Below are positions 8,276-18,290 of a stretch of DNA of 64,000 nt, one piece after another. A program made the position numbers and the translations under genes. The notes beneath the pieces are model-generated. The model had not been told where the DNA came from. It saw only the letters and a list, made by a program, of their open reading frames with translations, and did not search any database. Numbering within the stretch: position 1 is the first letter of the stretch; every line of letters begins with the position of its first letter. The stretch comes from Candidatus Magasanikiibacteriota bacterium (GTDB lineage: Bacteria > Patescibacteriota > Patescibacteriia > Magasanikbacterales > 2-02-FULL-50-9b). The stretch is from the NCBI GenBank assembly GCA_943349075.1, contig CALQYY010000001.1:8312-72311 (forward strand), written 5' to 3'.

Positions 8276-10420
8276 ATGTATAAGATTATTTTTGGATTAC
8301 TAGTATGCTTGCTCTATTCTCAGGGGGTTGCTCAGGCAAGTGATGGTAGTGGTTTGGTTAACAAAACAAATCCTTTTGTTGTTGCTATCGAAAAAGACTA
8401 CCCACCATTTTTGTTTTTTGAAAATAATGAGGTGCAAGGATTGTCATTTGATTATCTAAAATTGGTTTCAAAAATAATGGGACAGCAAGTTCAATTTACT
8501 GAACCCTTGCAGTTAAATGAAATGCTCGAATCGATAAAAAATGGTAAGAGCAATATCCTTATTGATATAACGAAAACACCCGATCGCGATCAATATTTGG
8601 AATTTTCAAATTCATATATTGATGCGCCAGCAGTTGTTGTTGCAAGAAAAAACCACATAAGTGTCTGGGATGGTGGGGGGTCAAATACTGGAATAACTAT
8701 TGCTGCAGGAAAATCGTATGGAGTCGTTTCGTTTCTCAGAGCTCGGTACCCTAAGGCAGTTATTGTTGAAATGCCGACTGATTATGATGTTCTAAAAGCA
8801 GTTTCACTTAACGCAGTAGATGTGGGCGTTTTAGATGTTGGCAGCTACTCGTATTTACAAAAGAAAATTAATTTTGAAAACCTAACAATTCTTGGAAACT
8901 CAGGATTCTTGTATTCTCTGAGCTTTGCTGTTTTGGAAAAAGATAAAGAATTCATTCCGCAGCTAAATAATGCTATCGCATTAATTTCTGAAGATGAAAA
9001 GACGGGTATATATTCAAAATGGATTTCTACTTATGCGAATGAAGATGTTTTGTTGGTTTCAAAACTAACAAAAGAAATTGTGGGAGGTATCTTAGGATTT
9101 GTTCTAATTGTTATTTTGTGGAATTTGATTTTGCAGAAAAAAGTTAAGCAGAGAACAGCAGAACTCGAAAAAGTCCAAAAAGAGATTGATGAGTCGCTTG
9201 TGCGAAGTAGAAAAGAAGCGCTTGTGTATCATGATGAGTCGGAGACTAAAACAACAAAGCTTGAGAAAACAAAAAAAGCGATGTTAAATATTTTGGAAGA
9301 TATTCAGCAAGAAAAAACAGCGCTTTCGCTCCTCACACGAAAATTCAAGATTGCTACAGAATCGGCAAAAATTGGTGTGATGGAAATGGATATTGCGGCG
9401 AATCGTATCTACGGCGATGACATTACATGTGCTTTATACGGGGTTGAAGGTCTTGAGTTTGAGTGTACATTTGAAAAGTGGATGTCATTTGTACACTCAG
9501 ATGATAGAAAAAGGGTCTCAGATAAGATGAATAAATCAATGCAAGACGGCTCAATGTTTGAGGATATCTTTAGAATTATTCGGCCGTCTGGTGAGACTCG
9601 GTATATTAAGGGTTACGCTCAGATTGATTTTGATGAGAAGCATAATCCAGTTAAAATGGTTGGTGTGAATTATGATGTAACTCACGAAAAAGAGGTTGAT
9701 TTGGAAAAGACGGAATTTGTTTCACTTGCGTCGCATCAGCTGAAAACTCCAATCGGATCAATTTCGTGGAATCTCGAAATGCTTGAAAATGGTGACTACG
9801 GAGACCTGACGGACACACAAAAAGAGATTGTTTCTGAAATGTATCTCATGAGCCGGAGAATGAACGAGCTCGTAAACAGTCTTTTGAATGTTTCACGCAT
9901 AGAGCTTGGGGTTTTCATTATTGAACCAGAACCTGTTGATTTTGGTAAATTATGTGACGAGGTTTTGCTTGAACTTAAGCCTCGTATCGAAACCAAAAAG
10001 CACGAAGTATCAAAGACTTATACGGGAAATATACAAAATATTCCTGCAGACCCTAAACTGCTTCGCATAATATTTCAGAATTATCTGTCGAATGCGGTTA
10101 AATATACGCAGGATCATGGAAAAATTGAAGTTAAGATTGTGGCCGATAGCGCGAATGTGCTTGTAAGCGTTTGGAATAATGGAGATCCAATTCCAGAAAA
10201 AGATAAGGAAAAGATTTTTGGAAAAATGTTTAGAGCAAGCAATGCGCAGGCGCAGGACCCTGATGGAAATGGGCTTGGCTTATATCTGGTTAAAAAGATT
10301 ATTGAAAATGGGGGTGGCAAGGTCTGGTTTGAGTCGTCAAAAGAAAAGGGAACAACGTTTTATATTTCAATTCCACTTACCGGGATGGTCCGCAAAGAGG
10401 GAACTAAAAAGCTTGACTAA
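8276..10420 (+). CDS. sensor histidine kinase with a periplasmic family-3 solute-binding domain, a PAS domain, HisKA and HATPase_c
   Basis: Signal peptide, an SBP_bac_3-like domain, a TM segment and a PAS domain. The H-box is LASHQLKTPIGSI and the G-boxes are GNGLGLYLVKK. Confidence 0.8.
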   Translation: MYKIIFGLLVCLLYSQGVAQASDGSGLVNKTNPFVVAIEKDYPPFLFFENNEVQGLSFDYLKLVSKIMGQQVQFTEPLQLNEMLESIKNGKSNILIDITKTPDRDQYLEFSNSYIDAPAVVVARKNHISVWDGGGSNTGITIAAGKSYGVVSFLRARYPKAVIVEMPTDYDVLKAVSLNAVDVGVLDVGSYSYLQKKINFENLTILGNSGFLYSLSFAVLEKDKEFIPQLNNAIALISEDEKTGIYSKWISTYANEDVLLVSKLTKEIVGGILGFVLIVILWNLILQKKVKQRTAELEKVQKEIDESLVRSRKEALVYHDESETKTTKLEKTKKAMLNILEDIQQEKTALSLLTRKFKIATESAKIGVMEMDIAANRIYGDDITCALYGVEGLEFECTFEKWMSFVHSDDRKRVSDKMNKSMQDGSMFEDIFRIIRPSGETRYIKGYAQIDFDEKHNPVKMVGVNYDVTHEKEVDLEKTEFVSLASHQLKTPIGSISWNLEMLENGDYGDLTDTQKEIVSEMYLMSRRMNELVNSLLNVSRIELGVFIIEPEPVDFGKLCDEVLLELKPRIETKKHEVSKTYTGNIQNIPADPKLLRIIFQNYLSNAVKYTQDHGKIEVKIVADSANVLVSVWNNGDPIPEKDKEKIFGKMFRASNAQAQDPDGNGLGLYLVKKIIENGGGKVWFESSKEKGTTFYISIPLTGMVRKEGTKKLD

Positions 10421-10478
10421 TTCTACATAAGACTGGTAACGATTATTTGTTCGGCGTGGTATACTTACTTCGTACCGC

Positions 10479-13160
10479 TTGGTTTGGTATATGATGTTTA
10501 AGCAGGAAAATTTTTTAAAAACGTTGTTTGTTTTTTTTGGGTTTGTTCTAACTATTTTTTTGGCGCTTATTAGTAGAAACGTATTTGATGCATATTCTTC
10601 GGTCGAAACATACGTAGATCTTACATCATCAAATACTTATACGGACACCACAAACACAAGTGGAATTTGGAAAACAAATTATTTAGGTGGGGCGCATGCG
10701 GGACGACGGTGGGGAAGTTTGGGAGGTGGTAGTACGTCAACAGCGGAGTTGATGGTAACAAGTACGATCTGGCAAACAGGAAGAAATGGTTATGCTCAAT
10801 TTGATATTGATAGTAGTGATAACATACATTTAGCCTCTCTTGATTTTCCAAGTGCAACAACATATCGAATTAGTGCTTCAAAATTTGGATCTGCCACAAA
10901 ACAATGGAGCGCTTATTCGGGTTCTGATTCAGCAAGCATACTCTTTGTTACATCGACAGCCATCTCATACAATCTTTCATTGGTGCTTGACCAATTAGGA
11001 AATCCAGCAATTGTATATACTGACACAGGAGCTGCTTCAAATTTGTACTATACAAAATGGAATTCAAGTACAAACCAGTGGGAGGACGTTTCAGGTAATG
11101 CAAGTGTTATAACCTCACTTGTCGGACAAGACAGTTCTTATGCTGTCGGTGCGAACGGTTTTGTTCCTACATTTGATAGCAGCAACAATCTTGTTGTTGC
11201 TTATTCACAAGCAAGCTCCACATTTACTGATATCAAAATTGGAAAATGGAGTGGTAGTGACTTTGTTGGACTATCAAGCGCAACCGCGCCAGATAGTTTG
11301 GCTTATGTTGGTGGTTTAACGGGAAAAGCTTTGCTATGGCCAAGTATTAGATTTAGCCAAGATAATAAAGCTTATTTATTCTTCGTTGAAGATGTTCCTG
11401 CTTCATCAAATGAAAAGGCCCATATAATCGAGTTTGATGGTTCGCAGTGGATTAATCCTGTCACTGGTTTGGCGGGCTATTATCAATACATTAATCCGGC
11501 TGCATATTTTTCATATCACGGTACACGTTCCCGATCTACTGCATTTTATGGTTCGGAAATCTATTTTGGATTTCGTGTATGGCCATCGTCAAGTGAAGCA
11601 AGATCGTTGTATTTAAGTAAAATCAACACATCATCTAACTCTTTTTCTGCATTAGATGGAACTGTGGGCACATCCTCTACAGCCAACTTGATAACACCAG
11701 CCTCAACAGCTATAAATACGCTAGACGCGATTGATGTTCTAAGCTCAGGCGTTGTTAGTGTGCGTTTTAATGGATCAGGTTCGACAAATAAAAGTTCTTT
11801 TTACCAATATTGGGACCCTACCGCACTTACGTGGAGATCCTTCGTTGGTGCTCTTGATGGTGTTGCTGAGGGAGATATTATTCCATATGGACGGACAGCA
11901 GCAAACGGTTTAAACAGCGGTGTTACTAAGTTTGATTCTTATGGGTTGCCTGTAATTCTTACTCGAGCAAAAGACCCGAATGATACAACTCATGATGCTA
12001 TTTTTATGGCCCGCGGTTTTTATGTAACATCAACACCATCGGTAATTCAGACAACAGACTTGTTGACACAAACAGGTGAGGAATTTATAAAGGCAACTGC
12101 TACATATTCAGGTAATTTAAACGGAGGATCCGCAACTATTGAATTATCAGCTGACCAGGGTGAAACGTGGGTTAGTGCAAATGCTGCAGGAGAGTATGTT
12201 TGGTCAAGACCGAGTAATGATGTGCGAGCACGAATATTGATTAATCCAGAAAGTTCTGGGTATACGACACCAATACTATCATCGCTACGAGTTAGTTTTG
12301 TGCCAACCGGACGATTTGCAAGTGTTGTTGAGCATCTTCCTAATGCTCCTATATTTGAATCTATTGAAATTTTAAGTTCGTCAACTGTTAAATATACATT
12401 CACGCCAGGCTCAGGCGATACAACGGGTTTTAAAATTGTTTCGTGTAACAATCTTACTGTGGCAACCTCAACATCTGAAAAAGATTGTGTCAGCATTGTT
12501 GATACAGGTTTGACGGATCAGACAGAAGTTCGCTCGTTGATTGAAACTGGGCTGGAGTTAGGCAGAACATATTGTGATCGTAAGATTGTAGGATTCAATC
12601 AGTATGGTTTTGGCGAACTCTCAGATATTCCGTGTTTTTCAATGCCTAAAAAAGCTGAAGATAGCGATCTTTCTCAAGAGGATGTATCAAAAACTGCCGC
12701 ACCGCTCGGCAGTGAACAGGCGGTATCGAGTACCTCTGAAATAAAAACTACTAAAGGTTCAAAAGAACCACTCTTGCTAAAGGGCTTTAGTGTGTTAGAC
12801 AGCGCACTATTCGTACGTCCGCTTTCGGGCCCAAATGTAAACGATGTTTTTGTAATCGTGCGCGGAAAAGCGCGACTTATATCACCAACAATTCGTAAAG
12901 CACTTGATATTCCGGATTCTCATGTCGTTAGAATTTGGAAAGAGGAGTTGTCTGAATATGCCATCGGGCCACGATGGACCTTACAAGAAGGGTATCCTGA
13001 TGGTACACTGATTTCATTCAATGATGGTGGTGTTGGTTATGTTATCATCGATCGTATCCCACAACCAATTGATGGTATTTATTTTTTGTTTTCTGATTTA
13101 GTTTCAGAAAGGCAAATAATTACCTCGAGAAAGAAATTCGATTTAATAATGGAAAAATAG
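10479..13160 (+). CDS. large Ser/Thr/Gly-rich secreted or surface protein, beta-propeller-like, with a BNR/Asp-box
   Basis: N-terminal hydrophobic anchor. 893 aa of low hydrophobicity and beta-rich composition. One clear SxDxGxTW Asp-box (SADQGETW). Confidence 0.45.
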   Translation: MVWYMMFKQENFLKTLFVFFGFVLTIFLALISRNVFDAYSSVETYVDLTSSNTYTDTTNTSGIWKTNYLGGAHAGRRWGSLGGGSTSTAELMVTSTIWQTGRNGYAQFDIDSSDNIHLASLDFPSATTYRISASKFGSATKQWSAYSGSDSASILFVTSTAISYNLSLVLDQLGNPAIVYTDTGAASNLYYTKWNSSTNQWEDVSGNASVITSLVGQDSSYAVGANGFVPTFDSSNNLVVAYSQASSTFTDIKIGKWSGSDFVGLSSATAPDSLAYVGGLTGKALLWPSIRFSQDNKAYLFFVEDVPASSNEKAHIIEFDGSQWINPVTGLAGYYQYINPAAYFSYHGTRSRSTAFYGSEIYFGFRVWPSSSEARSLYLSKINTSSNSFSALDGTVGTSSTANLITPASTAINTLDAIDVLSSGVVSVRFNGSGSTNKSSFYQYWDPTALTWRSFVGALDGVAEGDIIPYGRTAANGLNSGVTKFDSYGLPVILTRAKDPNDTTHDAIFMARGFYVTSTPSVIQTTDLLTQTGEEFIKATATYSGNLNGGSATIELSADQGETWVSANAAGEYVWSRPSNDVRARILINPESSGYTTPILSSLRVSFVPTGRFASVVEHLPNAPIFESIEILSSSTVKYTFTPGSGDTTGFKIVSCNNLTVATSTSEKDCVSIVDTGLTDQTEVRSLIETGLELGRTYCDRKIVGFNQYGFGELSDIPCFSMPKKAEDSDLSQEDVSKTAAPLGSEQAVSSTSEIKTTKGSKEPLLLKGFSVLDSALFVRPLSGPNVNDVFVIVRGKARLISPTIRKALDIPDSHVVRIWKEELSEYAIGPRWTLQEGYPDGTLISFNDGGVGYVIIDRIPQPIDGIYFLFSDLVSERQIITSRKKFDLIMEK

Positions 13161-13187
13161 TGTCGTATTATGTTTTTTTCATCTATG

Positions 13188-14183
13188 CCAACACGCGTTG
13201 CAATTAATGGGTTCGGTCGTATCGGCCGCCAAGTTTTTAAAGCTGGTTTTGATAATAAGAAGATCGAATTTGTTGCGATCAATGATTTGGGCGATGCTGA
13301 AAATCTCGCGTACCTGCTTGCACATGACAGCGTGTATGGTAATTGGCCGCATAAAGTTTCGGCAAAGCCGGGAATGCTTATTGTTGATGGGGTGAAGATT
13401 CCGGTGTTTGCGGAAAAAGATCCCGCGCTCTTGCCATGGGCAAAATTAAAAGTTGATGTTGCGATTGAGTCGACAGGGCGATTTACTGACGAAGAGGGTT
13501 TGCAAAAACATATTGCTGCGGGCGCGCGCCGTGCGATTTTGTCAGCACCTTCAAAAGGTGGTGGCGTTCCAACGTTTGTGCGCGGCGTTAATGATGAGAA
13601 GCTGGGGAAATCTCAGATAGTTAATAATGCAAGCTGTACTACAAATTGTGTTGCTCCGGTTACTGCGGTAATTACCGAAGCGTTTGGGGTTCTGAAGGCG
13701 GGTATGACCACGATTCATTCGTACACAGCCGACCAGGCACTTGTGGATGGTCCGCACAAAGATTTTCGCCGTGGACGCAGCGCAGCGCTCAATATGGTTC
13801 CAACAACAACGGGTGCAGCGATTGCGGTTACCGAAACAATTCCAGAACTCCGCGGAAAATTTGATGGCAGTTCGATTCGTGTGCCAACGCCAGTCGGATC
13901 GATTTCCGATTTTACGTTTTTAACACGCAAAAAAACAACAGTCGAAGAGGTGAATGCAGCGCTCGTTGCAGCAAGCAAGCTTCCACGCTGGAAAGGTATT
14001 CTTGTGTGCTCAAATGAACCACTCGTATCGCATGATATTGTTGGAAATACGGCGAGTGTTGTTGTTGATTTGGCGTTCACGCAAGTTATTGATGGTGATC
14101 TTGTTAAGATTTTGGGATGGTACGATAATGAATGGGGCTATTCTCATCGTTTGATTGAGATGGTTCAGAAAATGGGTAAGTAA
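13188..14183 (+). CDS. gap: glyceraldehyde-3-phosphate dehydrogenase
   Basis: INGFGRIGR Rossmann motif and the SCTTNC active-site Cys. Confidence 0.9.
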   Translation, partial: PTRVAINGFGRIGRQVFKAGFDNKKIEFVAINDLGDAENLAYLLAHDSVYGNWPHKVSAKPGMLIVDGVKIPVFAEKDPALLPWAKLKVDVAIESTGRFTDEEGLQKHIAAGARRAILSAPSKGGGVPTFVRGVNDEKLGKSQIVNNASCTTNCVAPVTAVITEAFGVLKAGMTTIHSYTADQALVDGPHKDFRRGRSAALNMVPTTTGAAIAVTETIPELRGKFDGSSIRVPTPVGSISDFTFLTRKKTTVEEVNAALVAASKLPRWKGILVCSNEPLVSHDIVGNTASVVVDLAFTQVIDGDLVKILGWYDNEWGYSHRLIEMVQKMGK

Positions 14184-14191
14184 TTGTTTTT

Positions 14192-15328
14192 ATGAAATTA
14201 AATTCGCTCGCGAGCGCACCCATACAAAAAGGGACACGCGTTCTTGTTCGTATAGATTCGGATATCGACTTTGTTCGTGGCAAGATCGCGCCGGAATCAG
14301 CATATCGTTTGGATTGTGCGGTTCCGACATTGAAATTCTTACTTAAGAATAAGGCTGTGGTGACCGTGATGGGGCATCGAGGACGGCCAGCTGGGAAAAA
14401 AGTTGCAGCACTTTCACTTGCGCCGGCGCAAAAATATTTAGAAGGAAAGCTCAAAATGAAATTGAGTTTTTTGCCAAACACGCGTTTCGATGCGCGCGAG
14501 GAAAAAAATGACATCGGCTATGCACGCGAGCTTGCTGAAGATCAGGATATTTTCATCAACGACTCGTTCGCAACAGCGCATCGCAAACACGCATCAACAC
14601 ATGCGATTACGCGAGTGCTTCCTAGCTACGCAGGTCTTCAGTTTGTAAAAGAGGTAGAAGAGCTCGAGGCGATTCGTGACGCCTCGCCACAACCGCTTTC
14701 GCTCATAATTGGAGGGTCCAAGATCGAAACGAAAATTCCCCTGATCAACCAGTTCACGAAATATGCGCAGCATATTTTTATTGTGGGTGCTGCAGCAAAT
14801 GCGTTTTTTGCAGCGCGTGGCATGAAAATTGGAAGCTCAGTTGTTTTGCCAGCATCTATTCGTGCCGCCAAGAAATTACTGCTCCAGAAAAATATTATCA
14901 TTCCGGTTGATGTAATTGTTCAGTCGGGAAAAAAGAGTCGCGCAGTTGCGTTGCCTGACGAGTCGAATCAGAAGCGGTTTGAGATTTGCTCAGGACGCGA
15001 AATGATTTTGGATATTGGTCCTGCTTCGCTCGTATGTATGTCGGAAATGCTCGCGAGCGCGCGTGGAATCATTTGGAATGGGCCGCCGGGGAAGTTTGAG
15101 CAGCAGCCGTTTCACCTCGGAACGGTTCGTGTTGCGCGCATGCTCGCGCACGCGGGGCGCTCGGGCGCGACCGTTGTTGCGGGAGGTGGCGAGACTGTGA
15201 CAGGAATTTTGCAGAGCAAAATGTCGAACGGCTACACGCACATTTCAACCGGTGGCGGCGCAATGCTCGAATTCTTAAGCGGTGCACGCATGCCGGTGAT
15301 CGAAGCTCTCCTTGCAAAAACCGAATAA
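14192..15328 (+). CDS. pgk: phosphoglycerate kinase
   Basis: N-terminal RVDxNVP-like block, and C-terminal GGGETV and STGGGAMLEFL motifs. Confidence 0.9.
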   Translation: MKLNSLASAPIQKGTRVLVRIDSDIDFVRGKIAPESAYRLDCAVPTLKFLLKNKAVVTVMGHRGRPAGKKVAALSLAPAQKYLEGKLKMKLSFLPNTRFDAREEKNDIGYARELAEDQDIFINDSFATAHRKHASTHAITRVLPSYAGLQFVKEVEELEAIRDASPQPLSLIIGGSKIETKIPLINQFTKYAQHIFIVGAAANAFFAARGMKIGSSVVLPASIRAAKKLLLQKNIIIPVDVIVQSGKKSRAVALPDESNQKRFEICSGREMILDIGPASLVCMSEMLASARGIIWNGPPGKFEQQPFHLGTVRVARMLAHAGRSGATVVAGGGETVTGILQSKMSNGYTHISTGGGAMLEFLSGARMPVIEALLAKTE

Positions 15329-15355
15329 TGCTATACTAACGCTAACAAAAATCAT

Positions 15356-16234
15356 ATGTATATCAACGAAAAATGTCCTTGTGAAAACGATTGCTGCGCA
15401 AACGGAACGTGCAGTACGTGCGCAAACGAAGCGTTCTCTTCAGCAGATGAAGGATCGTGCTGTTCTTCGGGTGGCGATGCAGAAATGGTGCATCCGCTCA
15501 GCAGCCCCGTATTCAAGTTCGTTGGTGTTTTCCTCATTATATTTTTGATAACACTGATTGCGAATAACATTAAAACGTTTCGTCGAATTGGATTTGCTGA
15601 TCGCTTACAAAACACAATAACTATCGATGGAACCGGTAAAGTTACTGCAGCTCCAAATATTGCAGTGACGAGTGTTGGACTCGTTACAGAAAAGTCTGAT
15701 GTTGCGGCAGCTCAGCTCGAAAATTCTAAAAAAATGAACGAACTTGTTTCGAGTCTTAAAAAACTTGGAATTGCAGATGAGGATATCAAGACAGCGCAGT
15801 ACCAAATTTATCCAAAATATTCATACGAAGAAAAGAAGGGTAGTAATATCACAGGATATTCAGTTTCTCAGAGTTTGGATGTAAAAATTCGCGACCTCGC
15901 AAAGATTTCTGAGGTTTTGGCTGCAGCGGGTGCAGCAGGCGCAAATCAGGTGAGTGGAATTCAGTTCACCATCGACGAACCAAAGAATCTTCGTGCGGAG
16001 GCTCGCGCAGAAGCTGTAAAAGATGCCCAGGATAAGGCTGATAAGTTGGCAGAAGATCTTGGGGTTCGCCTTGGCCGTGTGATTGGATTTAGCGAATCGC
16101 AGGGTGGTTCGCCAGCTCCGTATGCGATGATGACAAAAGATGCGGTTGGTGGCTACGCAGAGGCGGCACCACAAATTCAGGCAGGTACACTTGATATTCA
16201 GTCGAACGTTTCAGTCACTTACGAAATTCGATAA
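15356..16234 (+). CDS. SIMPL/DUF541 domain membrane-anchored protein with a Cys-rich N-terminal tail
   Basis: One TM helix followed by the SIMPL-like domain (QIYPKYSY...GYSVSQSL...GANQVSGIQF). The N-terminal 40 aa contain about 10 Cys (CPCENDCCANGTCSTC...SCCSSGG). Confidence 0.55.
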   Translation: MYINEKCPCENDCCANGTCSTCANEAFSSADEGSCCSSGGDAEMVHPLSSPVFKFVGVFLIIFLITLIANNIKTFRRIGFADRLQNTITIDGTGKVTAAPNIAVTSVGLVTEKSDVAAAQLENSKKMNELVSSLKKLGIADEDIKTAQYQIYPKYSYEEKKGSNITGYSVSQSLDVKIRDLAKISEVLAAAGAAGANQVSGIQFTIDEPKNLRAEARAEAVKDAQDKADKLAEDLGVRLGRVIGFSESQGGSPAPYAMMTKDAVGGYAEAAPQIQAGTLDIQSNVSVTYEIR

Positions 16235-16236
16235 GT

Positions 16237-17469
16237 ATGAAAATAACCTCCATTCGCGCACAGGAAATTCTTGATTCACGTGGTAATCCAACAGTTCGTG
16301 TATTTTTGACTGCGGGAAAAATTACGGTAAGCGCCTCTGTTCCAAGCGGCGCTTCGACGGGGTCACACGAAGCGCTTGAGCTGCGCGATGGAGATGAAAA
16401 GCGATATGGAGGGAAGGGTGTTTTAAAGGCGGTTCGAAATATTGAAAAGAAAATTGCGCCAATGCTCATTGGTGTTGATGTGCGAAAGCAGCGCGAGATC
16501 GACGCGATCATGATCGATCTTGATGGAACAAAAAATAAAACACAATTGGGTGCGAATGCAATTTTGGGTGTTTCGCTTGCGGCTGCACGCTGCGCGGCGG
16601 CGCTCTCAGGAATGGAGCTCTGGCAATACCTCCAGAAAACATACAGATTAAAGGGTGGCAAAAAATTGCCTTACCCAACGATGAACGTTATCAATGGAGG
16701 TGTTCACGCAGACTCGGGACTTTCGACGCAGGAATTCATGATAATCCCGCAGCAGAAAAAAATGAGTGAGCGCGTGCGCGTTGGGTCTGAAGTTTTCATG
16801 GCTTTGAAAAAGATTTTGAAGGATGAAAAATATGCGGTTGGCGTTGGCGATGAGGGTGGTTTTGCGCCGCGCCTCGGCTCGTCCGAAAAAGCGCTTCAGG
16901 TTTTGATGGCAGCGATTCAGCAGGCCGGCTATAAGCCAGGAGCTGACGTCAAACTCGGAATGGATGTTGCTGCATCTGAGTTCTACGACAAAGGCGTGTA
17001 TAAATTCGAGGGCAAGAAAAAAACAGGTGCTGAGATGATCGAAATGATTGCGGGCTGGGTTCAGAAATATCCGATTGTTTCGGTTGAGGATCCACTTCAC
17101 GAAGATGATTGGGAGCACTGGGAAAAGTTTACAACAAAACTTCGTCATTTGATTACGATTGTTGGTGATGATTTGTTTGTGACCAATGTTGAGCGCTTGC
17201 AGCAAGGAATTTCGCGCCGCGTTGCAAATGCGATTCTGATTAAAGTGAATCAAATTGGTTCGCTTTCTGAGACAATTGACACAATTTTGCTCGCGCAGAA
17301 AAATAACTATAAGGTTTCGGTGTCGCATCGTTCGGGTGAAACTGCTGACACGTTTATTGCAGATTTGGCGGTTGCCGTTGGTGCGGACTTTTTGAAGTCA
17401 GGGTCGTTGTCTCGGTCGGAGCGTGTTGAGAAATATAACCGTGTCAACGAAATCGAAATGCAGAAATAA
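16237..17469 (+). CDS. eno: enolase
   Basis: ILDSRGNPTV start and the SHRSGETED-type active-site loop (SHRSGETAD). Confidence 0.95.
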   Translation: MKITSIRAQEILDSRGNPTVRVFLTAGKITVSASVPSGASTGSHEALELRDGDEKRYGGKGVLKAVRNIEKKIAPMLIGVDVRKQREIDAIMIDLDGTKNKTQLGANAILGVSLAAARCAAALSGMELWQYLQKTYRLKGGKKLPYPTMNVINGGVHADSGLSTQEFMIIPQQKKMSERVRVGSEVFMALKKILKDEKYAVGVGDEGGFAPRLGSSEKALQVLMAAIQQAGYKPGADVKLGMDVAASEFYDKGVYKFEGKKKTGAEMIEMIAGWVQKYPIVSVEDPLHEDDWEHWEKFTTKLRHLITIVGDDLFVTNVERLQQGISRRVANAILIKVNQIGSLSETIDTILLAQKNNYKVSVSHRSGETADTFIADLAVAVGADFLKSGSLSRSERVEKYNRVNEIEMQK

Positions 17470-17621
17470 TAATTGTTTATGCGCACGCGTCGATTTTCCC
17501 TGCGGAAAATCGCGCTCTCTCTCGGCATTGCTCGCCTTGCACGGCAAGGCGCCGGCCCGCATTGCCTCCGAGGGGCGCATTCACAATCATTATTGCTGCA
17601 AATGTAGTAATAATAGTTTTT

Positions 17622-18287
17622 ATGAATTTTGAAAAGCCAGAAATTAATTCAACATCTCAAGATAAGGTTGTTTCTCCAAGCCGAGGTTATGGTTTGCAAA
17701 AAAGAATCGTTGCTGCGCTTGCCTCAATTGGTTTACTTGCGGGAGTGGGTGAATCGGTGGCACATGCTGACACTAAAGTAGAAGTGCAGACAGGGGACCA
17801 TGTTGAAAAGACGGTAAAGTTTGGAAAAGCTGTCTATTCGGTGACACCTGAAAAATCAAATAAACTTGGCGAAATTCACACTTTAATTATCACCCATGGG
17901 GGCGAAAAATTTACTCTTATTTATCAATCACTCATTGATTCCAAGTCGGGTGTTTCCCAGGATCGAGTTAAAGCAGAGGGAGTTTTTCCGAAGCAATATG
18001 AGTTATTTGGTCCACTGCAAATTGAAACATTCACTAAGTCCATGAATAAGGTTGTTCAAGAAGATTATTTTGGTGATCGTTCGATGTTTGAAATAGCGTT
18101 TTCGGATCAGTTGCAGAATTTTTCCCAAGATTATGTTGTGATCAGCTCTTTAAAGGAGTTAGGAAAAGGCTCTTCTTCCGAGTGTGTAAAAAAAGTGGAG
18201 AATTTAAAAAAGGAACTTAGTAGTTTCATGAAAAAATATCCTGACTACAAGATTAATGCAGAGTTACTCAGTAATTTGGGTCTGTAA
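17622..18287 (+). CDS. hypothetical secreted protein
   Basis: Start moved to the internal Met. A hydrophobic signal-like segment (IVAALASIGLLAGVG) is followed by AHA. No recognisable domain. Confidence 0.35.
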   Translation: MNFEKPEINSTSQDKVVSPSRGYGLQKRIVAALASIGLLAGVGESVAHADTKVEVQTGDHVEKTVKFGKAVYSVTPEKSNKLGEIHTLIITHGGEKFTLIYQSLIDSKSGVSQDRVKAEGVFPKQYELFGPLQIETFTKSMNKVVQEDYFGDRSMFEIAFSDQLQNFSQDYVVISSLKELGKGSSSECVKKVENLKKELSSFMKKYPDYKINAELLSNLGL

Positions 18288-18290
18288 ATT

